DNA of 63,430 nt, filler included. It is 13 parts of 13 records of this genome, joined end to end, with 100 filler letters (N's around TTAATTAATTAA, not from the genome) between each part and the next. Parts side by side here need not be neighbours in the genome. Positions count along the whole stretch, not along the records: positions 19,577 to 25,662 come from SRR7504441_4222; positions 25,763 to 29,498 come from SRR7504441_4226; positions 29,599 to 35,582 come from SRR7504441_4233; 10 more parts are not named here. One strand, given 5' to 3'. The notes under the pieces are model-generated. The model saw only the letters and a program-made list of their open reading frames with translations, ran no database searches and was not told the origin of the DNA. Below are positions 20,231 to 29,760 of this stretch, in pieces (position 1 is the first letter of the stretch; every line of letters begins with the position of its first letter). The position numbers and the translations under genes are program-made.

Positions 20231-22675
20231 ATGATGGAGCCTCATCAGCCCGATTTCGTGGTGGTCGGCGGCGGGGTGTCCGGCTGCGTGCTGGCCCGTC
20301 GGCTGGCGGACGCCGGGCTCTCTGTGCTGCTGGTCGAGGCCGGCAGCTCGCTGGCCCAACAACCCGCCTCTCGCGACCCGCTCCGGGCAGCCGAGCTGTG
20401 GGCAAGCCCCGGCTGGATGGCGGGCCAGCGCGCCGGCGGGTCCACGCACAGCGCCGACTGGGGCCTGGTCTCCGAGCCGGAGCCCGGGCTGGGCGGCCGT
20501 CGGGTGCCGCTCAACGCCGGGCGCTGCCTCGGAGGGGGGTCCGGGATTAACAACGGCTTGTGGGGGGTCGCATGGGCCGGGCAGCAGCCCTGGGCGAGCT
20601 GGGCCGACCGGTTCGGGCTCGCGGAATGGGCCCCGGAGGCCATGGCCCCGCACCTGGAGCGGGCGCGCGCCGCGGTGGCCCCTCAGCCTCCTGCGGATCA
20701 CCCCCGGCTGGCGGCCTTCGACCAGGCAGTCGCCCCGATCACACAGCCCCAAACCGCCTCGGGGAGCCCGTCGCGCGTGCTCTGGTGCGTGGATGCCCAG
20801 TCCGGGCAGCGGGTCACCGCCGCCGACGCGTATGCAGTCACCGACACCGGTTTGCTGACCGTGTGGCAGGAGAGCCTAGCAGTCAAGCTGGTGCTCTCCG
20901 GTCACGGTGATGCTTGTCGATGTGACGGGGTGATTGTCGAGCGGTCAGGCCAGCCAGTGCTGGTCCGGCCCCGGTGCGAGGTGGTGCTCTCGTGCGGCGC
21001 GTTGCACACTCCGGCGCTGCTGCTAAGGAGCGGGATGGGGCCCGGCCAGCCAGTCAGCTCGCCTTGGGTCGGCCAAGGCCTCATAACCCAGCCGTCGCTC
21101 CCGCTGAAGCTGGCTCCCGGGGTCTCCGACCGGCCGAGCTGGCAAGGCCCGGCGCTCCAACCGGTGGCGCCTGTGAAGGCGCCTGTCGGGTCAGGGGTCG
21201 AGGCCGCGTGCTTCCAGTGGACTGGCGCTGGCGTGCTGTACGCTCTCTGCCTGGCCATGCCCAGAGCCCGAGGCAGCGTTTGGGTGGACAGCGCCGACCC
21301 GCACGACCCGCCAAAGTTCAGATTCAACCTGTGCACGGAGCAGGACGCCCAGACGCTCAGCGAGGCCGTGATCCGGTTCCGCGAATGCCTGGACGGCCCA
21401 GGCGGGGCAAATCTCAAGGCGGCTATGGGCGGACTTGAGCCCGAGTGGTGGCAAGATGGCGAGTCGGTGGAGCAGTGGGTGCGGGCGCGGGTGGGAAGCA
21501 CCCGGCACCCGATGGGCTCCTGCAGGATGGGAAAGAATCGCCAGAGCGCCGTGTGCGACGAGCGGGGCCGAGTGTTTGGGGTGCGTGGGCTGCGGATATG
21601 CGACAACTCGCTGGTGCCGCACCCGCCACCAGACACACACGTGATGCGAGTCGCGTTCGGGCTGGCGGAGCGCATCTCGAGCTTCGTAATTGATGCGCAC
21701 GCCCCATGCGATGCTTGTTATGGAAAAGGAGAGCGCTTCGCCATGGAAGGGTACGACGGCGAAGACGACGGGCCAGAGGACTACAAGATAGTGACGTGTC
21801 TTAAGTGTGGCGGCACGGGAGGAGCTGAATGCGAAAGCTGGACCAAAGCGATGAGCCCGCGGCGAGGAGTAGCTCCACCCTCGATGGCGAGAGTGCCGCC
21901 AAGCCCGGCCGATTCCAGACCCAAAGCGCCGCCTCCGAGCCCTCTCCGGGCCTCGCCAGTCCGGTTTTACTTCACCTTCCGGTCGCCATTCGCCTGGCTC
22001 GCCTTGCGGCGCATCCGGCGCTCAAACGCCTTCAAGGAAGTGGAGGTGGAGCTCAAACCCGTTGCACCGGACCGGATCTTTGGAGGCAACTTCGACAATC
22101 CCACAGACAACGCTTACAAAGCCTCTTACATCTTCGAGGACGCTGGTCGGCAGGCCATGGAGGCTTGCATTGCTGGCGAGCCCTTCCGGAAGATCGAGGA
22201 CCGGATGAAGAAGGTCGCGAGCTCGCGAAGAGGCAAAGATCTCGCGAGCGAGAAGTTCTCGTTGCCGTTGCCGCCGGAGGACTGGCACACGCCGGCTAAG
22301 GCTCTGTTGTACGCGATTGGGCAGGGCAAGGGCTGGGCGTTTGCCGAGGCCATGTGCGAGGCACGATGGCTAGGCGAGCGAGTCAATATCCAGAACCCGG
22401 CCACAATAGCGGCCATCGCCGACGAGGTCGGGCTCGACGGCAAGGCGTGCGTTCAAGCAGCCCAGCACTCGCAAGAACTGGAGGCCGAGACGGATGCGAT
22501 CGTGGCCCAAAGCGAGGTGGACCAGGTCTTTGGGTTCCCGTTTTTCGTGACCGCCGGGCAACGCTTCTGGGGCAATGACAGACTCCCGTGGGTTTTGCGG
22601 GCAGCACAAGGGGGTCGTGGCGGCAGTCTTCCCAATATCGTTGTCGACTCTTCGGTGCCGCCGTCCAAGTTGTAG
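20231..22675 (+). CDS. Fusion of GMC oxidoreductase, a CxxCxGxG zinc finger and a DsbA-like (HCCA isomerase / GST-kappa) domain
   Basis: DFVVVGGGVSGCVLARRL, GRCLGGGSGIN, EVVLSCGALHTPALLLRSG, HPMGSCRMG, GVRGLRICDNS; CDACYGKG...CLKCGGTG; FYFTFRSPFAW...VFGFPFFV...FWGNDRL; one uninterrupted frame. Confidence 0.85.
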   Translation: MMEPHQPDFVVVGGGVSGCVLARRLADAGLSVLLVEAGSSLAQQPASRDPLRAAELWASPGWMAGQRAGGSTHSADWGLVSEPEPGLGGRRVPLNAGRCLGGGSGINNGLWGVAWAGQQPWASWADRFGLAEWAPEAMAPHLERARAAVAPQPPADHPRLAAFDQAVAPITQPQTASGSPSRVLWCVDAQSGQRVTAADAYAVTDTGLLTVWQESLAVKLVLSGHGDACRCDGVIVERSGQPVLVRPRCEVVLSCGALHTPALLLRSGMGPGQPVSSPWVGQGLITQPSLPLKLAPGVSDRPSWQGPALQPVAPVKAPVGSGVEAACFQWTGAGVLYALCLAMPRARGSVWVDSADPHDPPKFRFNLCTEQDAQTLSEAVIRFRECLDGPGGANLKAAMGGLEPEWWQDGESVEQWVRARVGSTRHPMGSCRMGKNRQSAVCDERGRVFGVRGLRICDNSLVPHPPPDTHVMRVAFGLAERISSFVIDAHAPCDACYGKGERFAMEGYDGEDDGPEDYKIVTCLKCGGTGGAECESWTKAMSPRRGVAPPSMARVPPSPADSRPKAPPPSPLRASPVRFYFTFRSPFAWLALRRIRRSNAFKEVEVELKPVAPDRIFGGNFDNPTDNAYKASYIFEDAGRQAMEACIAGEPFRKIEDRMKKVASSRRGKDLASEKFSLPLPPEDWHTPAKALLYAIGQGKGWAFAEAMCEARWLGERVNIQNPATIAAIADEVGLDGKACVQAAQHSQELEAETDAIVAQSEVDQVFGFPFFVTAGQRFWGNDRLPWVLRAAQGGRGGSLPNIVVDSSVPPSKL

Positions 22676-22853
22676 AACCAAAAATAATGTAATTACATGA
22701 ATACATGTACGTAAAAGCAGATCGAACACTTTAAAAAAAGACTCTATTAAAAATTCAAATCTTTGTGTCCAATGATGTTATCTCAGAATGGTAAGATGGC
22801 TGGTGTATCCGTATCTGCTGAACGCCTTAGTTGGTGGAATGGTGCCATGCAAA

Positions 22854-25662
22854 TTAATAGTAGCCGTGGTGATGTGGCTGGTTGGCAACCATTCTACTAA
22901 CAAAGGCGTTGGGCCCATTCGGATATACGAGCGAAATATCGAAGATGTGTGCGAATTGTGAATAAAAGTCAAGACTCCCCCGCTGGTTCCGCAAGAGCTC
23001 GACGAGACTCCGCCCAGCAGTGTGCACACAGTCCGCGCAAGTGATTTTGAAAGGCTCACAGTCCGGGCAGTTGGGCAGCCTCAGCAGTGCCCGAAGCATT
23101 TTGCTTGCAAAGATCAACTCGGCCCCGCCAGGCTGCTCGACATTCTTGTACCACTCGTCCGACGAAATCGTCATCACGGCCCAGCCTTGCGACCGGAGGA
23201 GCATGTTTCTGTTGTGCAATTCGCCCAGCTCTTCGCCAGTGTTGTGACAGAACTGGTCGCTGTGTTCGATCTGGAACGCCGCGTTCATACCAGTCGTCTC
23301 AGTCAAGTAATGTGCTAGCGCCACCTGCCCTCCGCTCACGATCCCGCCCATCAGGCCCGGACCAGCAGCCGGTTGTGTGAGGCCATCAGTCTCTGGGGCT
23401 CAGTTTGAGCCGTCAGGCGGATGTCGATCGTAACCAGGGCGCCCGGAGCAATGTTGAGCGACCAGTGGATGTTTTCCTTGATACCCACCCTGCCCATGGC
23501 GGTTGCCACATCTCGCCGGCAGTCTTTGGGACCTGGCACAGTCGTCAGCCCTGCCGCCGGGCAATAGCGCTCACCAACCGTCGGAGCCAGCCCAACTGCC
23601 CGCATCTGCCCGAGCAGTCCGCTAGACTCGAGAGAAGCCTCGACCCTGCGCCACAGCTCAGCCCACACACAGCGCAGGTCGCCTTCGCATATCCTCATTC
23701 GGGCCAGAAGTCAAGTGCTGGAGATAAGCCGCGAACAGACGCCGGAGCTGGGCGGTGGTCCAATTAGCTCGTGCCAGCTCCGGGTGCCCACAGCAGCCCC
23801 AGAGCGCCTCCCAGTGCGCCTCCGTGCCAAACGGAGGCAGCGTGACCAGCGCCCAGAGGACGTTGGCCACCTCCGCCGGCGCTAGCCACTCCGAGTGCGC
23901 CTGGCCGGCTATCGGCTAGCCCGGATGATCAGGCACCAGCCAATCCATCAGCTGGTCGAGTACCCCTTCTACGAACCCGGGCGCGAGCGGGCATCTCAGC
24001 TGGGCCAGGTCTGCAAGCAGCTGGCAAGCGGATGACGGCTCAAACCTGCCCACAGGCTGGCCAGCCGGCGGGGTGGCAGCGCCTTGGGCATGTGGATGCC
24101 GACTCCATGATCGCAGCCACCACCAGCTCGGACGGCTGCTCTCGCCATTCTGCGTATGCAGAGACTATTGAGCTCAGCTCCCACAGCTCAGGAGAGACCC
24201 CCGGCCGGGCGAGCGCTGCACCCGGTGGTCACCCTCCGGCCCAGGCTGCGCAGCCACCCGATCGGCACCCGCCCAGAATCCACTGCATGGCTGCCTCAAC
24301 CGCGCCGGCCGTCTCCGATTCACGGACAGCGGCCGGCTGACTGATCTGGCTCAGCCCTCTTGCCACCAATGCCAGCTCTGTCAGGTCCAACTCCGACTGG
24401 ACCTGGCGCGGCTCACGGCCAGCCGCGGCCAGGCCCACCTCGGCGGCACGGTCGACCAGCCGCTGCACCAGCTGCGGACTAGGCTCAACTTGCGCCGCGG
24501 CCAGCGACACGCAGCACAGCCCGAGCTCGACCGGTGCGATCGGCTTCTCGGACTGGACGGTCGCAGCCAGCTGCTCGTGCAGCTGGGAGAGGGCCACGGC
24601 CACGGCCTGGCGGGCCTGGGGGCTGGCCACAACCATGCCTGAGAGCAGCCAGCCCCAGTGAGCACTGTTGGCCGTCCTCATCCCCAGCACTGTCAGCACG
24701 AGAGAGTCCGGCAGCGCAAACGCCCCCGTGGCGCTCAGCCCGGCCACCACCGCCTCCAGACTGGCCTGGCTGCACCTGCCCCGCCTCGGCCGGCGCCGAG
24801 TGTCGCTCTCACGTGCCAGCGGAGTGGAGGAGCTGGCTCGCGGCCTCAGCCAGCTGCCGGTGCTGCGGGCGGGTAGTCCCCAGCCATAGCGTGCCTGCGG
24901 CCCAGAGCAGCCGCGCCAGCCCGGCTAGGTCCAGCTCGGGAGCCGCAGCGACCGCCTGGCCCGCCAGTGAGCCGATTGGGGCCGCGAGAGCACCAGTTTA
25001 GTCAGCACGTCTCGAATGTGAGGCAATGGCTGACACCCGACTGCCGCTGCCGCAAAGAGCATACCCTCGAGCCGAGCCGGCGAGATCAGCCGTTGGGGGC
25101 TCCCCCCAGACACCCACTTGGCAGATGTCAAGACCAGCATGCCTGATTGGTCCAGCTCGGCCAGTCGGCCAAGCGCGGCCTCGGCCAGCTCGATGGCCCC
25201 CTCTACCTTGAGCGAGCCGGCCGCCAGCAAGGCTGCCTCGGTCGCCTCCAGGGATAAACCCTCCCACTCGTCATCCGCACCTCTGGCCGCGTCATTGGCG
25301 CACCGCTGGACTAGTGCAGCCACCGCCGGACTGGCCGGTCGGTCGGACATCTCAGCCAGCCGACGGAGTCCGGTGGCCAGCGCCTCTGGCCCGGCCTGGG
25401 TGAGTGTGTACATCAGCTGCTGCGGGCTGGCCGCGTCGGCCGGGTCGAGGCCGGTCGGCCGGGCCCGCTTGCGCGGGGCGGGCGCCGGCTGACGGTGGTG
25501 CCGGTGGACCGAGCCTAGCAGCTCGGACAGCGCTGAGGCGGTGCCGGCGCACGCGGCGTAGGCGGCCTCTAGGCTGGATCTCAGCTCTTGGGCCGGTCCG
25601 GGCAGCGTGGCAGCCGGTGTGCGGTCGGCGGAGGCCGGCCACGCGAACAGAGCCGAACGCGG
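22854..25662 (-). CDS. Helical-repeat protein with C-terminal RAP domain (FASTK/OPR-like), multi-exon, possibly 5' truncated
   Basis: EVANVLWALVTL-type helical units; TIDIRL...AFQIEHSDQFCHNTGEELGELHNRNMLLRSQGWAVMTISSDEW. Confidence 0.65.
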
Positions 25663-25762
25663 NNNNNNNNNNNNNNNNNNNNNNNNNNNNNNNNNNNNNN
25701 NNNNNNTTAATTAATTAANNNNNNNNNNNNNNNNNNNNNNNNNNNNNNNNNNNNNNNNNNNN

Positions 25763-27217
25763 CATTCTTTGCGTTCTGCATCAGAGAAGATTCATCAGTT
25801 CATCATCAGGATCATCGCAGAGCAAAATCCGGAAGCGGCAAAGACGCGAGTGTGCCGCTAAGGGCGAGAGGGTGTGGGTGTGGACTGCTCGCCGGAGAAC
25901 TTTGACGAGCGCACCCGCCATGCCGGTGCCCTAGATTCGTTCCAGCGCTGACCATGCCCCTGCAGAGACGCTGGGATCGCATCGGTGCGCTGCTTGCTTT
26001 GCTAAGGTGCGCAGCCTAGAGGGCGCGGTGTCCTACCCGGGGGACTGCAGCGCCTTCGCGGAGGGCGACTTTGGATACTACGACCACAGCTCCCAGTACA
26101 CGCCATACACATTCGCTGACCGAGTTGGGCTGCCATTCCGAGTCCAGCAAAACACCGAGTACCGCCCTAGGCGGATAGCCGAGGGAGCGCCTCAGCGGAT
26201 GACTGTGATCGGTAGGCTGGCATACTTTGTGGGGCCAGCAGGGTGCCAGGTTCGCTGAAAGCTGGTGATAAGTTCGCGTGGCACGAAACCACAGAGAACG
26301 ATATCAGAAGGGCCGGGGCAGGACCCGGCCAGGGGGTGGCATGCAGTGAGATCGTGGACGGGCAAGAGGAGACCGAATTGAGGACACCGGTCACCGTTGC
26401 TCAGCCCAAATTGCTGATCAGTGGGCCAGGTTTTCACAGTTGATCGGTGGCTGTATGGGGCCATAATTCCACAATCTATGAGGACTTTGGCGATGACCAC
26501 TTGCTTCATGTAGTGCCCACGCCATCCTTAGCTCAGGTCTTTTAGCACATGTCTGGCTATTCACGGCTGTATCCGCAGAACTATGGGATCCTTGGACGGC
26601 AAACTTATATAACCGTTCAAGGCAGCCCATTTGCCATGGTAGCACCGGCACCAGCACCAGATCCTGCCACAGCACCATGCTGTATGCACCACGATGTTGA
26701 CGACGCCATACCTCGAGGAGATACATTGAAAGTAGCGGCTGGAGATCTCATTGCAGTTGTCCTTGGACACAATGCCAATTGCTCTAAGGTATGTGAGACT
26801 GGTGCACTCTAGCAATGACCCTGGCTTCAGGCTGCTCTAATCGGGAATGGGGCTGGTCGCATGGCCCCCATCGTGCTAGAGATGCTTGCGGGGACTGGAG
26901 ATGCGCAGTTCCTCACGCCCCAGCATCTATCGGCTGAGGCTAGCATGACCATCTGCTACGCTACTGGAGGTGTATTCAGCTCACAGCACAGCTTAGGCCC
27001 TTGGGCCCAGGTCAGACAGGCTCCGGCGGGGACACATGGGACGATTGGACGATGTTGTCTCCCAACTTTGCTCTAGGTATCACTAAGCCTACACCGTGTT
27101 GTGACTCTTTGTTGCAGTGCATGCACCAATGTGGAACGACATGCAACTAGACCAGCAAGTCCCGAACCAAATAGCGGAACGACCGTACCATAGCCACAGA
27201 GGACTGGGTCCTCTAGG
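25763..27217 (+). CDS. Intron-rich hypothetical protein, 5' truncated
   Basis: Short coding-like pieces (26007-26258, 26243-26443, 26549-26812, 26861-27076) separated by GT..AG segments; end approximate. Confidence 0.4.
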
Positions 27218-27391
27218 CGGTCGAAACAAAGCTCGGGATCTCGTGTACAACCAACAAAGCGTCTATACCATGAATCAAGTGAACAATTGAATCCACGTAA
27301 GGAGTATACATGTAATAATCCGTTTTAATGCGAAAGAACCCTGACCAGTTACATAATTAATAACATCAGTTCAATCAATAGCATCTACGTC

Positions 27392-29498
27392 TCACTGGAC
27401 AGCCACATAAACGTCATCCAGCCAAACCGATCCGGGCGCGGCCACGGCTCCGACCGGTGGCCCGATCCGCAGGTTGAGACTAGCTTGGGCCGGCCAGTTC
27501 CGCTCGGGCAGCGTGACGTTGATCAGCTGCCAGGTCGAATTGAGCACCTGCGTTAAGAGTGATTTCCTTATTAGAAGGTGTGTTAACACCCAGCGTCTCG
27601 CAATGAATCCCGGGGCATCGGCGTACTTTTGATATGTCGACAGACCCAACGGCGATGTCGTGCTCAGAGTAGCATCTCCCCACCCACCAACAGTAACTTC
27701 AACAGACATTCCTGCACAGCTGTGTATTAAACCGAGAAAACACAAATAATGAAGTACCCGCCGGGAAAGACCGCGCCCACAGCTGGACAGCATACTCTGT
27801 CTGATTTGCAACGGCAACTCCGTCCAAGTTGGTGGTGTGGCCGGGGACCCCGAAGACCACAGGCTGAGCCGACGGCAGCCACACTCGACCAGAGTGGCGG
27901 CCGGATCGAGGCAGAATGCTGTCAACGAAGAATAACGCGCGGCCGTCCCGCAGGTCGTGATGCTGCCCGAGGCCCCAGGAGCCGGCGTGCTTGTCCTCCA
28001 CCTTAACACGGCGTCCTAATCAGGCAGTGGGTGTAGCTTAACACCTTGCACACGCCCTTGAACGTACCCGGCCGGAATCGGGCCTCCTCCGCACACGAGA
28101 TGAACCCTGGATTAACAACAGCGTTTGCCTTATTGGGAAGATGCGTTAACTTACCGGGCGTGATCGGCAGCTCCGAGTACTCAAACCCTGGGTCGTTTAC
28201 AAGATTCTCCAGATCGGGCGCCTGCGTAACAGTGATTGCCTTATATGGGAGCCGTGTTAACCGCCCAGCTATCGCAGCCAATCTGATACACGTGTGTCGC
28301 CCCCGGGGTAATGAAATCAGTCAGGCTGTGACTCCCATCTCCTTTGTCAGTCGGCAGCAACGGCACGCTGTAATGCTCGACAAACTTGTGAACCGCTGTA
28401 AGATTATCCCTCGCACAATAATCCCAACCGCACAGCCCTTGGATGTGAGCCTCAAACTGGCCAGGTGCGTCCCCAACGGACGACACCGCCACAAAAACGC
28501 ACAATGATCTCTCTCGATGTTCGTACGAAGCGTCTCGCCAGGCTCGAGCTCGGATGGTGGCGTCGGGCGTGACAGTTACAGTTGGGTGAACAGTGTCGGC
28601 CTTGGAGAGAAGAGCTGGGGCTATTTCGAGGAGTTGTGCGTTGACGGCTGAAATGGCGTCCTCCAGAATCCACCGGGCGAACATGATGTGGTTGTAGACG
28701 TACCTAGTTAACACCGGTGATTGCCTTATTTGGAAAGTGGTGTTACCAGCACTGGTGTGCGATGTTCCCGCTGATCAGGCCCAGCCAAGCCGCCGTCTGA
28801 GCCAAGCGCGGCCGCGGCTGCCGGACCTGTGTCCGTTGGGTTAAAAGCGGTTAGAGGCCGGCGCGCACTGCATCAGGCATGTTGATGAGCGGTACGTTGG
28901 CCATGGGAGGCATTCTCAGGTCGCCGTCCGACCCGCCGCGGCGCCAGCCGTCTTGGGCGTGGAAGCTCAGGTCTGGCCCATAGCTTAACAACCCTTCCTA
29001 ATTAGGCAATCAATTAACACCCGGCCGGTAATTCTCTCGCATCGGCGCGTCCAGCGAGAGACGAGGCTGCCAAAACAGTCAGAAATGCCGTTATAATGCC
29101 GTTAGAACCTCCACGAAAGCGTGAGTCTCCCCACACTCGAGCGCCCCAGTGGTAAAGTGGTAAGGGTCAAGCTGTCAAAAGCAGTTAAATGTCAGTTGGA
29201 TAGCTGTTGGACCCGCTTGAGCAAGTTGTATGTCACGGCCAGCGACTCGAGGAACTCGAACCCCTTAACACACGCCCCAAATCAGGCAATGTGCATATCT
29301 TAACGCATGACCTTGCAGCAGTCGTCACAGATATAATATCCAATCAAGGCCTTTGCCCCCAAGTTGTCAGTCAACAAAGCACAGTTAGACACCGGGTGCT
29401 GCTTCACGTAACTCACGTTTTGCTCCATCCAGCCGACCTCCTCGGCGCACGGGGCCGTGGCGTGGCTGCCCATAGCTTAACACCTTCCTAATCAGGCA
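27392..29498 (-). CDS. Clan GH-A-like TIM-barrel glycoside hydrolase with C-terminal CBM-like domain, 13 introns, 5' truncated
   Basis: Removing 13 GT-AG introns gives one open frame: VKQHPALIGYYICDDCCK...YNLLKRLDPYH...SLDAPMRENYRPDLSFH...QCWYVYN...NLVNDPGFE...WLDDVYVAVQ*. Confidence 0.75.
27548..27589 (+). mobile_element. Introner-like intron copy (element antisense to host gene), 42 nt
   Basis: CTGCG TTAA GAGTGAT TTCCTTATTAGAAGGTGTG TTAA CAC; GT..AG on the minus strand. Confidence 0.7.
28002..28044 (-). mobile_element. Introner-like intron copy (sense), 43 nt
   Basis: GTG TTAA GCTACACCCAC TGCCTGATTAGGACGCCGTG TTAA G; AAG|GTG at both junctions. Confidence 0.75.
28107..28154 (+). mobile_element. 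Introner-like intron copy (antisense), 48 nt
   Basis: CTGGA TTAA CAACAGCGTT TGCCTTATTGGGAAGATGCG TTAA CTTAC. Confidence 0.72.
28222..28261 (+). mobile_element. Introner-like intron copy (antisense), 40 nt (43 nt if a GC donor is used)
   Basis: CTGC GTAA CAGTGAT TGCCTTATATGGGAGCCGTG TTAA C. Confidence 0.72.
28704..28746 (+). mobile_element. Introner-like intron copy (antisense), 43 nt
   Basis: CTAG TTAA CACCGGTGAT TGCCTTATTTGGAAAGTGGTG TTAC; terminal inverted repeat TAACACC/GGTGTTA. Confidence 0.75.
28973..29020 (-). mobile_element. Introner-like intron copy (sense), 48 nt
   Basis: GTG TTAA TTGAT TGCCTAATTAGGAAGGGTTG TTAA GCTATGGGCCAG; removal restores ENYRPDLSF. Confidence 0.75.
29264..29311 (-). 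mobile_element. Introner-like intron copy (sense), 48 nt
   Basis: GTCATGCG TTAA GATATGCACAT TGCCTGATTTGGGGCGTGTG TTAA G. Confidence 0.72.
29466..29498 (-). mobile_element. Introner-like intron copy (sense), truncated by the contig end
   Basis: TGCCTGATTAGGAAGGTG TTAA GCTATGGGCAG; nearly the same 3' end as the 28973 copy. Confidence 0.68.
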
Positions 29499-29598
29499 NN
29501 NNNNNNNNNNNNNNNNNNNNNNNNNNNNNNNNNNNNNNNNNNTTAATTAATTAANNNNNNNNNNNNNNNNNNNNNNNNNNNNNNNNNNNNNNNNNNNN

Positions 29599-29760
29599 GC
29601 CCGACGCCGCCCGTGGCTGCCTGCACAACCACCCCACGAAGACAACAGGCGCCCGGGAGCAGCGTGAACTCCTCTTACCGGGATAGTAACCCTCCGGTGT
29701 GGGGTCTTTGCCGATCTGTGGTCTATACACATCGGGCCAACCGCCTTGCTCTTTCGCCAT
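29599..29760 (-). CDS. Possible first exon(s) of a gene running off the contig
   Basis: MAKEQGGWPDVYRPQIGKDPTPEGYYP, then a GTAAG...TTGTGCAG intron-like segment. Confidence 0.4.

Noticed and set aside
27548-29498. Recurring 40-48 nt repeats with unique sequence between them, CRISPR-like at first sight
   Set aside because: The repeats are degenerate, occur in both orientations and are irregularly spaced, and the intervening sequences are exons of one reading frame. No cas genes are present.
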